From: the human T2T-CHM13v2.0 reference genome, Homo sapiens
Assembly (NCBI RefSeq): GCF_009914755.1
Contig: NC_060928.1
Length of the DNA stretch: 64,000 nucleotides
Strand: one strand, 5' to 3'
A program made the position numbers and the translations under genes. The notes under the pieces are model-generated. The model saw nothing but the letters and a program-made list of their open reading frames with translations. It made no database searches and was not told where the DNA came from. Position 1 is the first letter of the stretch, and each line of letters opens with the position of its first letter. Positions 1 through 21,461 of the stretch are shown piece by piece.

Positions 1-94
1 ACTATTTGGTTCCTGCTCCATGGTCAGGCCTCTGACAACCCCTTTGAATAAACCAGACACTCCACATGTGTCTTGAGAATTTAAATAAATAAAT

Positions 95-890
95 AATCAT
101 ACAGTAGGTAATTTTTGTGTCTGGCTTTAACTTAGCATAAATGGATTTAAGATTCATTCCTGCTATTGTACAGGCAGTTCAGTCCTTAATATTGCTGAAT
201 AGTAGTATTCCATCATATGCATGTATCACAATTTGTTTATCCATTCCCCAATTGAGGAATGGCTGGGTTATTTCCAGTTTTTAGTTTTCTTTAGGTTTCA
301 TTGGGTTTTTTAAAAAGAAAAAAAACTTATAAAAGTAATAGCTGTGTACGGGGTGAAGCTCCAAGCATGGTTATTAAAAGCAAATACCTTCGCTTATCCC
401 TTTCTCTCACTTCCATCCCCAGGTGTAACTGCTCTTATGGATTGGAATGTATCCTTCCAGACCTTTTTCCATATACATACATTCCCACACACAAACCAAC
501 ACACATGTATATAGTTGGTGGGGATGCTATTTTTAACAAAAATCAGATGATAACATATATTTTGTTCTGCAGCTTGCCTTCTTTGCTGAGCAGTGTATCC
601 TAAAACCTTTTATGCCTGCTCATATAGATCAATCATATTTTTTTAACATATGTATGATATTCTGTGGTATATCTAGTTTTGCTGGCCATTCCTCCATTGT
701 TGAATTTCATGTTATCTCTAATTTTTCCATATTACAAATAATCCAACTGTTAACTTTTTATATAAAAATCATGATTCCACTGCTTGAGTATTCCTGTAGA
801 TTTCTAGAAGTAGAATTACTCAGAGGGTATATATACTTAATTTTTTTTACATACCACTCAGTTGCTTGCAAATAGGTTGCATCAATTAGT
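95..890 (-). mobile_element. Old L1M (L1MC/ME-type) 3' fragments
   Basis: Degenerate antisense L1 3'UTR phrases (tttttgtgtctggctt, attgctgaatagtagtattccat, ttctagaagtagaatt). Boundaries approximate. Confidence 0.55.
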
Positions 891-1242
891 GCTTTCAAAA
901 ATAGCTTATGGTAATATTGGATACTGTAGATGATGTAGAGTAAAAGTTTTTTGTCCTAAAAAGATGTGTTGTAAGAAATCCCTCATAGAGTGACAGATTT
1001 TATGTTCTTAATGTCTCTAATCAAACATCTTAAAAGAATGAAACATAAGGTTGTTCTCAGTGAAGTAAACGTATGCATATTGTATTTCATCCTAATATTC
1101 TGGTATATTGATTTCTAAAGATGGCACTATGAAAAGTTTAGTTACTAAAGAATATAATTTTCATTTTAACTATTATAGCTTAATTGGAATTTTTATCACA
1201 AAAAAATAAAAATATAAAATCCACTATGAATTTTTCCCCCAG

Positions 1243-1305
1243 TCCGAGGATTACTATGACATGAGGCGGCTGTATACAATTTTGGGGTCTTCTCTATTTT
1301 ACAAG
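1243..1305 (+). CDS. INTU: Inturned planar cell polarity protein, internal exon ([21 protein letters not shown])
   Basis: tttttcccccag|TCC ... AAG|gtaagt; 63 nt, phase 0/0, joins in frame to the exon at 2606. Confidence 0.93.
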
Positions 1306-1441
1306 GTAAGTTGAAGCTTGAAGTCTAAATGTCCAGCTGCTGTATAAAGAGAACTAAATTTTCAAAACTTTTACAAACATGAAAAATACATTTATCTCTT
1401 TTCTTTCAAATGTAGGTACCATAAGATTAAGAGCTTTCTCA

Positions 1442-1609
1442 TTTTAGAGACAGGGTCTTGCTCTGCCACCTAGGCTGGAGTACGGGGTACAATCATAGCT
1501 CACTGCAACCTCCAATTTCTGGGCTTAAGCAATTCCCAAGCTCAAACAATCCTCCTGCTTTGGCCTCCCAAAGTACTGGGATTACAGGCGTGAGCCACCA
1601 TGCCTGACC
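1442..1609 (-). mobile_element. AluJ-type element with internal deletion (monomer-sized)
   Basis: Right-arm end (gagacagggtcttgctct) fused to left-arm start (gcctcccaaagtactgggattacaggcgtgagcc). Confidence 0.85.
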
Positions 1610-1820
1610 AGATTAAGACCTTAAAACAAGATTTGCATCTACATACTTGTAAATATAATAAATATTTATGGTTTCATTGCATTCTAAAGCATGTATAAAG
1701 TATTTACAAATGTGCACAGGAGAAGCAATACTCAAAGAACCAAGTTTGTAAGAGAGAAGACTAATATTTTTCTGGATTTCCTTTTGAAAGAGTGTATTTT
1801 TTATCCTGTGTTGAAAAGTC

Positions 1821-2122
<302 letters not shown>

Positions 2123-2509
2123 CTACATCTTTTAAATAAATCTTATATAACATTTAGTTCATGTCCATGTAAAGCAAAGCATCAAATGAATTTAAGTACT
2201 TTTATTTTTAAAAAAGGATTTTTAAACACAATATAAAACACATCTAACAAAGAAGCAATAGGGAAGGGTGCACAGTGAAAAGTCTCTGTCATGACCCCTG
2301 CTTCTTGACTTTCCATTCTCAGAATTCAGTTATTTTCTAATTTTGTCAAATACTGAAGCTATGCTGTGCAGAAGGGATCTTGCTTTGTGCTGAAGTCTAC
2401 CTGTCGGTACACCTTAAGTTATCATTTGAGCTCTACTTTGACCTCAAGAAAAGAAACATTTACTTTTACTATATCTTCATTTACCCCATTTGAAACTAGA
2501 ATATTCTAA

Positions 2510-2851
<342 letters not shown>

Positions 2852-3501
2852 TAGGATTTTTCTTCTTTTCTTTTATTTTTTTCTTTTCGGCAGGGGTTGA
2901 GGGATGCAGTGGTAGGTAGGTATCTATTGACTGTCTAAATAAATACACAAACATGCTCATGTAAAATTATTAGTATGTCTAATATCAGTATTCAAGGAAA
3001 TGTTACATGTCCCCTTATTCCTTTTCTTTTGCATCCATTTAATACTCATGGACAAATATTAATAAAGTCTAAGAAAATATTTTAGCAGGTTTTTAAAGTC
3101 TTTTGTTCCCCTTTCTATAGTGGTTTTATCCATTGGCTTGTTTTGGGAGATAGAGGGAGACATGAAAATAATATAGAATCAGAAACAGAATAAATATGCA
3201 ATTGTAGATGAAAGGACTTCCAGTAACTGAGGCTCTTGACAGCTATCTTAGGGAATTCTGTGTCTCAAAAGAAGTGGTTTGATGGTATATCAAGATAAGG
3301 CAATGTAAGATTGTTTTCAACTGGGATCAAGAAGCATTAATAATAACCAAAAAGGAAAGATGACGGAGGAATTTTTAATAATCATCACATGATTATGCCA
3401 TAGGCCTCTATGTCTTCGATATTTATAAGTTTATACATGCACATTTTATGTAAATATTTTCATGGTAGCTAAACCTACATTTGTAATTTTTTTCCCTATA
3501 G

Positions 3502-4065
<564 letters not shown>

Positions 4066-4157
4066 TAGTGGCATACCATTCTTCATTTGACATGGTGGTT
4101 ATTTCAGTCACTGCTGGCAAACCAATGATTTTGAACCAAAAAGAAAAAGAAATATCA

Positions 4158-4430
4158 GGCCAGGTGTGGCAGATTGCTAGAGGCCAGGAGTTCAAGACCA
4201 GCCTGGCCAATGTGGCAAAACCCAGTCTCTAATAAAATTACAAAAAAATTGCCAGGCACGTTGGTGCACACCTGTGATCCCAGATGCATCGGGAGGCTGA
4301 GGCACAAGAATTGCTTAAACTCAGGAGGCAGAGGTTGCAATGAGCCGAGATTGTGCCACTGCATGATTTGTCACTCCAGCCTGGGTGACAGAGTGAGACT
4401 CTGTCTCAAAAAAAAAAAAAAAAAAAAAAA
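4158..4430 (+). mobile_element. AluS with deletion in left arm
   Basis: Poly(A) tail; TSD aaagaaatatca at 4146-4157 and 4431-4442. Confidence 0.92.
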
Positions 4431-4641
4431 AAAGAAATATCAAATAATAAGATAAGAACCCCTTGACATTCATATCTGTTTAACAGTACTTAGAAATAGG
4501 AAAACTTTAATCTCAATTTCCGTGTTCATCTCTTCCCTATTTGCAATGACAACAGAGAGCATCCAAGCTGTGGGGCCTGTTGGGGGCTGATCTGACTAAA
4601 TAGCCAATGAAATATTCAGCAAAGAGAATCAGAACCCTAAA

Positions 4642-4690
4642 TGTGTGTATTTGTGTGTCTGTGTGTGTGTGTGTGTATGTCTCTGTGTGT
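4642..4690 (+). repeat. Imperfect (TG)n microsatellite
   Basis: Direct reading of the sequence. Confidence 0.85.
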
Positions 4691-5197
4691 ATTATCCTAT
4701 TTTTATAGATTTTAAAATCTGAACCTTTGTAACACTTAAAGATTTAAAAGTTGACTCTAAAGAGGATGTTCATTTTTCAGATCATTTTTCCTAATTTTTT
4801 CCCATGAAAATACCATAAAATATCCAAATGATTATCAAAACATTCACCCTGGGAGGCTTTGTACTTATTCTAGTGATGCTGTCGTCTTTCAAAACATTTT
4901 TGAAACTTGTCATTTGGGTGGATGGAGGTGACACCAGATGAGGAGTCTGAGAAGGAGCACAAATAAACTATGAAATGCTAGTAGCATGGCATAAATAACC
5001 AGATGCAATCTCCTCATACCAAACAATAGAATACTTTTGGACCCCTAAGTGGGGTGTATTTGGAAGTACTTACATCAGTACCATACCTATTATCACAGTC
5101 GATGGAATTGGTAGGAAATAGTCTAAAAAGATTTGGACAGATTAAAGAATTACCAAGCCATGAATAGCTCCTAAGAGAAATTGAGTTAACCTTTAAG

Positions 5198-5340
5198 ATT
5201 CAGCCATTCAACAAAGGTTGATTGAATACCTACTAAGTGCCAAGGGCCATACTACACAAAGGAGATACAGAGATGAATAAGACACAGCCCCTGACTTTGA
5301 GGAGTGCAGAGTCTAGGGAGGGGAGACAAGTATGCATACA
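5198..5340 (-). mobile_element. L2 3' fragment
   Basis: cattcaacaaa...attgaatacctacta..tgcca...gatacagagatgaataagacacagcccctg, typical antisense L2 end. Confidence 0.75.
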
Positions 5341-5559
5341 TACAAATTTGGTAATGGCTCTGGTAGGAGGTTTTCAGGGAACACCATCATGCCCTCCCAG
5401 GACATGACCCTGGGATCCCTGTCAGCCATGGATAAGCCAAGAGGTACAAGTTAGCATCAAAAATATTTAAAGGAAGCATTGCAAATGGTAAGTAGTTCCC
5501 TCAGAAGGATGTTTAATTTTTAAATTGTTTCTGCTATATGATTCCATTCTTAGATATAA

Positions 5560-5685
<126 letters not shown>

Positions 5686-5993
5686 TAAGAAACTTTCTTA
5701 TTCTTGTTCACTTAAACTCAGGAAGTTTTACAGTGAGAAAGTACAATTTTATAACATGTATTTTACTCAACAAATGTAATTCTGATATATCTTACATATT
5801 AAAGGTAATATCTGTGGTATTTCTTTAATATTTCATTACACATTTAGGAAAATGACCATATTAGTATTATGAAAGAGAAAAACACACAAAGTAATATTTC
5901 AAAATGTGAAAGTCTCCCTTTATCTCTCCACAGGTAACCTCCCTTTTGTATATTTAATATAATTTTTAAATTAGAGTTTACTATTTTTTAGAG

Positions 5994-6447
5994 TGTTTGG
6001 TGGATGCAGTGGTGTGCTGTCCAGTTACACCTTAGCTCAGGGTATTCCTTTCCAACACTTGAGAATGGTGGCTGCTAATGCCTCACAGCTCCCCTAGCCT
6101 TGTCACTCCCCTAGCCGTGTCCTACACGGAAACTTGTTGACTCAGCTAAGGTTACATTCCTCCCTGGGAGGAGCCCATTTCTAATGACTAATAAATAAGT
6201 GAGTACAAAGGCTTGGCCCCTTGCCTAAATTGAAGACAACTCTGAAAGGCCAGCCAAGCTTCAGAGTACACAGTGGTATCGGCTGAGACTTGTTGCCGCT
6301 GCAGCACAGTTCATCTTCTCCCTCTGCTCAATCCTGCTCAGTCACTACACCCCTACAGCTGTTTTTCCCAAGAGTACTTCCTAATAAGTTTCCTCCCGGC
6401 ATATCTCACTCTCAGAGTTTGGGTCCCAAGGAACTTGTCCCATAACA
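5994..6447 (+). mobile_element. ERVL solo LTR, LTR16-like
   Basis: TG...CA ends; ggatgcagtggtgtgct...ctcacagct...ctctcagagtttgggtcccaaggaac resembles recalled LTR16 consensus. Confidence 0.65.
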
Positions 6448-6724
6448 CTCTCTTTAGAAAATAGGTATAATTTCAAACGTTCATTGAGTAGGGAATTCTG
6501 AGGTAAAAGAAACTGAGTGAGGAGAGAATGTTTAGCAACTTAAACTGTCTGTAATTATTATAATATGAAATGTTATATATTCACTTCTTGTGCACTTATG
6601 TGGTGACACGCAGGTCTGCCTGTGCCTTGGCAGGTATTTAATTATGACATCATGTGTGGGATCAACTGGTGTAATAAACTCAATTGCCTACTTTTATTTG
6701 AACAACTAGACACGTACTAATAGA

Positions 6725-6727
<3 letters not shown>

Positions 6728-6771
<44 letters not shown>
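6728..6771 (+). repeat. Perfect (CA)22 microsatellite
   Basis: 44 nt uninterrupted CA repeat. Confidence 0.97.
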
Positions 6772-6774
<3 letters not shown>

Positions 6775-7921
6775 CAGAGCTACCACATTCTTAATCACTG
6801 AAACACTTTACAGTAAGTTCAAATATATGTGTTACAAAGTTGTTAGAAAATTCTTTTTTTCTCAAGTCAAGACAAAAACAAAGTAACTTGTCTGCATAAA
6901 ATAATACATTAGAAATCTGATGTGTTAAATTTTAGTATTTAATGCCTCCAAATATGAATGTTTAATTTTTTGATAGTTAAACATGATTTTAAGACAAATA
7001 AATTGGAACCAAACCTTTTATGGAACCCAAAAGTACCTTCACAAAACTCTAGTCTTCCATTTAACAAAAACTATTGCTCTGAAATTTTATTAACTCCATA
7101 TCAGAATTTTAAAAATATGTATGTTGTGTTGGCATTGTCTCTAGTAAAAGGAGACTCTTTTTTCAAGTTCAATGGTTTAAACATAAATTCACATGTGGTG
7201 TAAATCATAGGCTCTCCTATTTTAAAAGGTGCCAAAGATGTGTGTTTATTCTCATTATTGACATGCAAAGATGTTTTTATATGATGTAGTTCATTTTAAA
7301 AGCATGATATAAAACAGGATGTAATATATTATCCTAACCTTTTATGCACCTATCTTTGTAAAATACAATATATATAATATATTGAAAATAATATATAAAA
7401 CATTTCATTCAGTAACTAAGTCCTACCCATTCTGCATTCCAGTAGTTCTTGAGGAACATCAGTTTGACTATCATGGTAAAATACTTTAATGCTACTAACT
7501 TAAATGTATTTAATTTGTTGGAAGGTATTTTTATATGTGGTCTACCCTAGACTGATATCTTGTTTATGGCTTATAGCTATCTGGGCCAGACACGAGCTGA
7601 ATTATTTAATACCAACCATGGAAAAAGAGACAGTTAGCCAATTTGGGTTGTTTAGCAAAGGAATGATTAAGTTACTTGCAAATGAATTGAGGTTTACTTA
7701 TCCTTGCATAACATGTAGTATTTGCCTCCATTAAGGGAATTAATAACCCTAGCTTGTACTTCAGTTACGGATGAAGAGGGAATTAAATGTTTAGCCCAGT
7801 TTCCCTTCCCTAATTATACTACTAATATTATATTGTAGATAAAAGCTTATAAGAAGTCTACTAAATTCAAAATGAACCAATATTTTAAAATTTGCTAAAA
7901 TTTCTTTTTTCTTCTCTTTGA

Positions 7922-8164
<243 letters not shown>

Positions 8165-8536
8165 TAATTTCCAGATCTCTAAGCATTCTGTTATCTAATC
8201 AATATGCCCAGCATTGTTTTCATTTCATTAAGTTTTTTTAAATAGTCACTTAATCTAACGTGGGTGCCAAAACAATTATACTCACAGTACTTCAAGGTTT
8301 TATTTTATACTGAATTTGATGTCTTGGGTTACTTTTCAGGATATGGTAGACCTGTGTTTTCTACAGCAAAGCAAAATACAGTCGTTTGTAATGTAAATTA
8401 ACCTTCCATATTTGATATCTGTGACTCAACCATTACTTGAGTAATAATATCTACCAATTGGTTCCTAAAATAACTCTGATAATTCTTTGAGTATTTAGCC
8501 AATAGTATAGGGATTTTGGAATATAATGGATTAAGG

Positions 8537-8840
8537 CAGGGGTCCCCAACCCCCCTGGGCCACATACCAGTAGCTCTCTGTGGCCTATTAGGAACCAGGC
8601 TGCACAGCAGGAGGTGAGTGGCGGGCCAGGGAGCCTTACTGCCTGAGCTCTGCTTCCTATCAAATCAGCAGCACATACGAGTGCAAACCCTATTATTGTG
8701 AACTGTGCATGTGAGGGATCTAGGCTGTGCACTTCTTATGAGAATCTAATGCCTGATGATCTGAGGTAGAACAGTTTCATCTTGAAACCATCCCTCCCCC
8801 AGAAATTGGTCTCCAATGCCAGAAAGGTTGGGGACTGCTG
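8537..8840 (+). mobile_element. MER1B-like hAT-Charlie non-autonomous DNA transposon
   Basis: TIRs CAGGGGTCCCCAACC / GGTTGGGGACTGCTG; 8-bp TSD gattaagg / ggttaagg. Confidence 0.9.
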
Positions 8841-9586
8841 GGTTAAGGTACAGCTATAGACACAAGACTAATGCAAATTTTTTGGCATTTGGTTGGTTGA
8901 TTGCTTGCTTGCTTTTCTATCCAGGATGAAGTTTCATTGAATGTTGTTATCTGTTGAATAAATAATAATGCTGTGTACAATTACAATATCAGATTATTTA
9001 AATGGCAGGAAAAGATAGGTGTTGATTTCTTGAAAAGGATAAAACTTACAGAGGTTTACTTGTGACGTTATACAGCCAAAAAACCTCTCTGAAAATGGTT
9101 GTAATGTATATAGCAATACATGTGTTAGGGATGCCAAATTTGTGAAGAACTTGGGTTTAAAAGTGGAAGAACATTGGACAAGGAATAAGGAATCCTGGAC
9201 TGAGCCTCACCTCCTATTTCCTTAGCTATGAAGCAAGTGGGCTGAATTACATCATCTCTCCAGGTTCATTCAGCAGTAAAATTCTGTGTCTTGTAGGATT
9301 TTTTTTTGAGTCCTCAGAAATTGTTATTCTGTAAAAATACTGTGTTTGACCCTATATTCCTGTATGCTTTGGGTTCTTATGCTCCTATTTCCCTTTTTAA
9401 CATTAACTGATAAATGTTATAAAGGAATATTTCATTTACTTATTTGATAATATTTAGTAATATAAATTAGTTTTCCCCATCTTATTTAAACATTGAGGTA
9501 CCTACTCTGCACCAGACACTATTCTAGGAACGTGGGATACAACAGTGGACAAAACAAAGTCCCTTCCTTCACGAAGCCTATTTTCT

Positions 9587-9636
9587 AATTAGAAATTAGT
9601 ATGCTGAGAAGAATTAGAAAATAGTATGCTGAGAAG
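9587..9636 (+). repeat. 25-bp tandem duplication
   Basis: aattagaaa(t/a)tagtatgctgagaag x2, one mismatch. Confidence 0.9.
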
Positions 9637-9820
9637 AATCAGTGTCAAGCAAAATAATAAAACATGGTAAGGATTAGAGGTGGGAGTGACTATTTTGAAA
9701 GGTCTCTCTGATCATGTCAAATGATACTTGAACAGAGACCTGAATGAAGTGAGGGAGCAAGCCATGTGGCTCTCTGGGGACAGAGCTTCCAGCAAGGGGA
9801 ACAGCAAATGCAAAGCTGCA

Positions 9821-9994
9821 GAGCATTACCGCCTGAGGTCTGCCTCCTGTCAGGTCAGCTGCGGCATTAGGTTCTCATAGGAGTGCAAACCCTACTGTGA
9901 ACTGTCCATGCAAGGGATCTAGGTTGCCCACTTCTTATGAGACTCTAATGCCTGATGATCTGAGGTGGAACAGTTTCATCCTGAAACCATCCCC
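9821..9994 (+). mobile_element. MER1B internal fragment without TIRs
   Basis: Closely similar to 8631-8795 (gagtgcaaacccta, gggatctagg, ctaatgcctgatgatctgagg). Confidence 0.85.
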
Positions 9995-10925
9995 TAGGGG
10001 CTGGGAGAGTACTGGAGCAGACTGAGTGAGAAGAAAGTGGAAGAAGAGATCACAAAGGTAGCAGGGCCAGCTTATGCATGGCCGGATAGACTATGATAAG
10101 GACTTTGGGCTTTGTTCTGAAAGAGATGATACATTCTTGAACAGTTCTGCCCAAATAAGGGACATGATCCGTAATTTTTTTAAAGGATCACTCAGGCTAC
10201 TGTGGGTAGAACAGGAAACAGAATAGCAAGGGTGGAGGCAGGGACCAGTTAGGAGGCTTTCAAAATTCTCAAAGCAAGAAATGATTATGGCTTCTGGACT
10301 GTGGATATATTTTGGAGGGCAAACCAAAAAGATCTGTTGATGGATTAGATAAAAGCTATGAAGGAAAGAAAAGGATCAAGGATCACTCCACTGTTTGCCC
10401 TGAAACTTATAAGAAGCCTTTATAGTCCAAATGAGTCATTGTTTTGCTAATGCTTTAATCAGTATGAAATTTAGAGATTATGGGTCAAAGGAAGACAAAA
10501 TACTGTTTTAAATATATATTTTTTCAATTTATTACAGAATTATCTGTTCATTTAGAACACATTTATTAAGCACCTACTATGAACCAGGCACTGCTGGTTT
10601 TAAAACACACAAAGAAGATTGCATATTGTCTCTTCCCTGGGGAAAAAAGCTTATAATTTTCTATCTTCCACTGTGGAAGACAGATCTATAAACTGCTAAT
10701 ATAATATAATATACATACTAATAATATAGGCCTGTGAACAAAGTGTTCCCTAGAAAAGTCAAGGGACACTTTATCCATGAAGTCTCCTTTAGGATATGGT
10801 ATTTAAGTTTTGAGGAAGAGTAGAAATTTTCCTGCAGATAAGAAGAATGTCATTGCAGGCACTGAAGTATTTGGATCAGCCAATTCAGATTATTCTGTGA
10901 AAACATTTTAAAGTAACACTGGTAA

Positions 10926-11120
<195 letters not shown>

Positions 11121-12419
11121 TAAGTGAGAAAAAAAAGTATTTGAAAGTAAAGTGTTAGAAAAGTGAAAGAAAAGTGGTAAAGGAGATTAACATTTTAAAA
11201 TGTAAGCATGGAATTTTTTATCTAGCTATACTATTTTAATATATTTCATTTTATTTGCTAAGTATCTCCTTTAAATCCCTCCCAAGTATTTTTCTATTGA
11301 AAATTATCTTACAAAATTAAATTTCAGTAATACACTGAAAGAATAATTCCAGTTTTTCTCTTCTTCCCTTTTTCCCCTGCTTCCTTCATTTTTCCCCCTC
11401 TCTCCTTTCTTTCCCTCTTACCATCCTCTCCCTTTTCTTCCCTTCCCCTCTCTCTGGCCCCTGCCACAGGACCATGCCCAGTCAGGACCCTGCCCACCTT
11501 TGTTTCCATCTCCTGTCTCCTTCCTCTTCCATCCACTGTGCACCAGCTGCACGAGCACCAATCAAATCTTGTTTCTGTTGTTCCTTCTGCATGGGATATT
11601 CTATCCCTTGACCTTTGCACTTCTGGATCCTTGATATTCAGACCAGTGCTAACAGGTCATCTTGTCAGAGACGATCCATTATCTCTTTCCCTCATCAAAG
11701 TGGCTACTCAGTTATTCTCTATATGACTCTTTTATTGTTTATTTTCTTGTCCTTCTCCACCCCCCACCCTCATTACAATATCAGCTTCATGAGGTCAGGA
11801 ATTGTATCTGTCTTGTCCACCACTGGCACCTGCAACAGTACCTGGCACATAATATAGTCACTTGATAAATATGTGATGGCTGAGTAGGTGAGACTGTGCC
11901 TGGCAAAATGTGAAACTGGTGGTGGGTTGGGTGGGCAGTGGGCGGTATGGCAAACACAGAGACATAGTCATTGCCTCTAAGGGCCTTATATCTAGCAGAA
12001 GAATTATGAAATATGCTGAAATATCTATATATTTATATATCTATATTTATAGATATAGAGAGAAATCTTATATATATGTGTGTGTATACATATATGTAAA
12101 ATGAATCTGATGATACAACCAAATACTATAGGAATTCTGAGGAGGGGGCAAAATCTAATGAACAAAGATGCGAACAGTGGAAATTATACAGCACAGCAGT
12201 GAACAGACTGGTTTGCCAGGATGGTAGAGGAATGGCATATACAAAGATTAAGTGAAAGATCAAGTTGGGAACCTAAGTTAGGACCACTGCAGAAGGTTAT
12301 TTGAGTTGGAGTAGAGGTTGGTGGAGGAAAGGGCACAGAATTAGTTGGGAGTAGGGGTAGTGGACACATACCATGTAGTATTAAGCTGTATGACAGACAC
12401 TTTACAGACATTATCCAAA

Positions 12420-12592
12420 GCAGAAATTCCCATGTGCTAGTCCATGGGATTTAGAATCACCTAAGTCACTTGTTAAAATCTGAGATGCCTGGGCCCCAGA
12501 CCTACTAAATCAAAATCTGTGAGAGTGGGAATCTGTATTTTTAGTAAGCTCCTTTGTGATTATCCTGTGAACCAGGCTTGGGAACATCAGTG
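12420..12592. mobile_element. MER5-like hAT element
   Basis: agaatcacct...gatgcctgggccccagacctactaaatcaaaatct...aatctgtattttt. Boundaries approximate. Confidence 0.65.
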
Positions 12593-13324
12593 TAAGCTTA
12601 ATTCCATGTAGTGTAATCAGAGTTGTACTGCTGGAAGATTAAACAGGGAGCGCCAATGGAATGATGTGCACATGAGAGATACTAGAAATGAGAAGACCAG
12701 TTAGGCACACATGTAGCTGTTCAGTCGAGTGTTAACTACGTTCATGACAATTGGAATAGAAAGAATCAAAAGATGTTGAATTTTGATAATGCAGATTTAT
12801 GCAGAAGAGAAATTTAAGAAAATCAGGCAGAACTATCTCCAGTTTAAATAGATCAATTTGTATACATTAGTATTGATTAAATGGATTTCAATTTTAACTC
12901 TTTAAGAAAACCAAACAAAATTTCAATGTTAATTCCAATTCAGTTCTATTTGCCAAAAAAAGCTACCATATATTTAATGTTTTAATAAAAATTAAACATT
13001 AGAAAGTAAAGAGCAATAAAATACTTAATAACTATTGTGCCTATAATGCTAGTGCTATTGCCTTTATTATAATAACTAGATTTGCTATTTAAAAACTGAG
13101 TGGTATCATAATACATATTGATAAAATAGGATTATTACACTCTAGAGCAATAAAAACTAATTGACCTAAGGCATATATTATTTATTTAGAAATAAATCTA
13201 GCTGCTTTCTCCCTAGTATAGATTTAGATTCATGGATTTTAAATTTACTACTGATGCTTTCAGAAACAAAAATTAAATTAATTGGATGGTTAGAGTTTTT
13301 GTTGTTTGTTGTTTTAATTTCTGA

Positions 13325-13462
<138 letters not shown>

Positions 13463-13623
13463 CTGTGCTTTCTTGATGCGTAGAAACACGTGCATGGAGG
13501 ATCAAACACTGTCAGAATTGCTGAAATCAATACACAAAGAGATAAAGTTTAGCTTCTTTTTACTATTCAATATTGAACATAATATTGTTAAATATTGAGA
13601 TGAAATGCTGTTGGATTTGATAC

Positions 13624-13674
13624 ATTAAATCTTAATGTAATATTGTAAGACTTTTGAGAATATACTTGATTAAA
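13624..13674 (+). terminator. Candidate proximal INTU poly(A) signals
   Basis: ATTAAA at 13624-13629 and 13669-13674; usage not demonstrable from sequence. Confidence 0.4.
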
Positions 13675-14009
13675 ATGTGAAAGAAGGGATTGTTAACTTA
13701 TTGCTATTTTGGTATATAATGTTAATTTATTGACTAGTTTGAAATAATGTGAAGTGTTTTTTATATCAGATTAATATAGGAAATGTTTATTCTTGAAAAA
13801 TACTCAATTTGTTGTTGTTTATTTTTCTCAAAATTCATACTGATATCTGATGAAATGATTATGAAATTGGGAGCAGGTGACCAGGTGCTGTAACTAAGTA
13901 GTGCTATGACCATGAGCAAGTTTTTGTACCTCTCTAAGCTCAGAGTTTTCATGTAAAATGAGATGATTGCATTGAGGTTTCAAAAATACCTCTTAAGTAA
14001 AATGTGCTT

Positions 14010-20400
<6,391 letters not shown>

Positions 20401-20713
20401 CTCTGTTCTACTTTTTTTTTTTTTTTTTTTGCCTCTTGCATGTTGGTCACCTCCTAAATTAGTAATGTCCAAGTACTTATTCCTTATCAGATACTTTTCG
20501 TTAATTTAACTATCCTAGTACATACCTCACTGTGGGGAAAGGGGGAAAGATGAAAATTAAACTTACTTTTTATTTATTTGATTCTCTTTAAGTTTCAGGT
20601 AAGCTCAATTTTGACTAGGATATATATATGTGTGTGTGTGTATATATATGTATTTTTTAAACTATTTGTCAACTTTATTTTTTTTTGTTTGTTTTTGTTA
20701 AAATACATTCAGC

Positions 20714-21008
20714 GGCTGGGCTTAGTGGCTCACGCCTGTAATCTCAACACTTTGGGAGGCTGAGGCAGGTGGATCACTTGAGTCCAGGAGTTCAAGACCA
20801 GCCTGAGCAACATAGCAAAAACTCCATCTCTACAAAAACACCAAAATTAGCCGGGTGTGGTAGCACTCTCTTTTAACAGTCCCAGATACCTGGGAGGCTG
20901 AGGTGGGAAGATCACCTGAGCTCAGTCGGTTGAGGCTGCAGTGAGCTATGATCATGCCACTGCACTCTAGCCTGGGCAACACAGTGAGACCCTGTCTCAA
21001 AAAAAAAA
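20714..21008 (+). mobile_element. AluJ
   Basis: J-type diagnostics (ggctgcagtgagctatgatc, gagaccctgtctc). Confidence 0.92.
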
Positions 21009-21161
21009 TCACATTCAAGTATATTTCACATGCATTTTATATAATTCATGAATTTCAGGAAAGCTGCATGTAAATCTTTTTTTAAAGCTAAATCATGTTA
21101 AAGACACTGAAAAAGTTAACTAAAATTCTATGGTGACTTCTTTTATAAAATACTAATTTTT

Positions 21162-21461
21162 GGCCGGGCACGGTGGTGGCTCACGCCTGTAATCCCAGCA
21201 CTTTGGGAGGCCGAGGCAGGTGGATCATGAGGTCAGGAATTCGAGACCAGCCTGACCAACATGGTGAAACCCCATCTCTACTAAAAATACAAAAATTAGC
21301 TGGGCGTGGTGGTGTGCACCTGTAATCCTAGCTACCTAGGAGGCTGAGGCAGGAGAATCGCTTGAACCCAGGAAGCAGAGGTTGCAGTGAGCCAAGATCA
21401 CACCACCGCACTTCTGCCTGTGGAACAGAATGAGACTCCGTCTCAAAAAAAAAAAAAAAAA
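21162..21461 (+). mobile_element. AluS
   Basis: Full dimer; TSD aaaatactaa(t/c)tttt. Confidence 0.95.

Larger units (their letters stand above)
9480..10400 (-). mobile_element. L2 fragment interrupted by a MER1B piece
   Basis: Typical L2 phrases (acctactctgcaccagacactattctagg, gaacagagacctgaatgaagtgagg, aaaggatcactcaggctactgtg). Confidence 0.75.
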
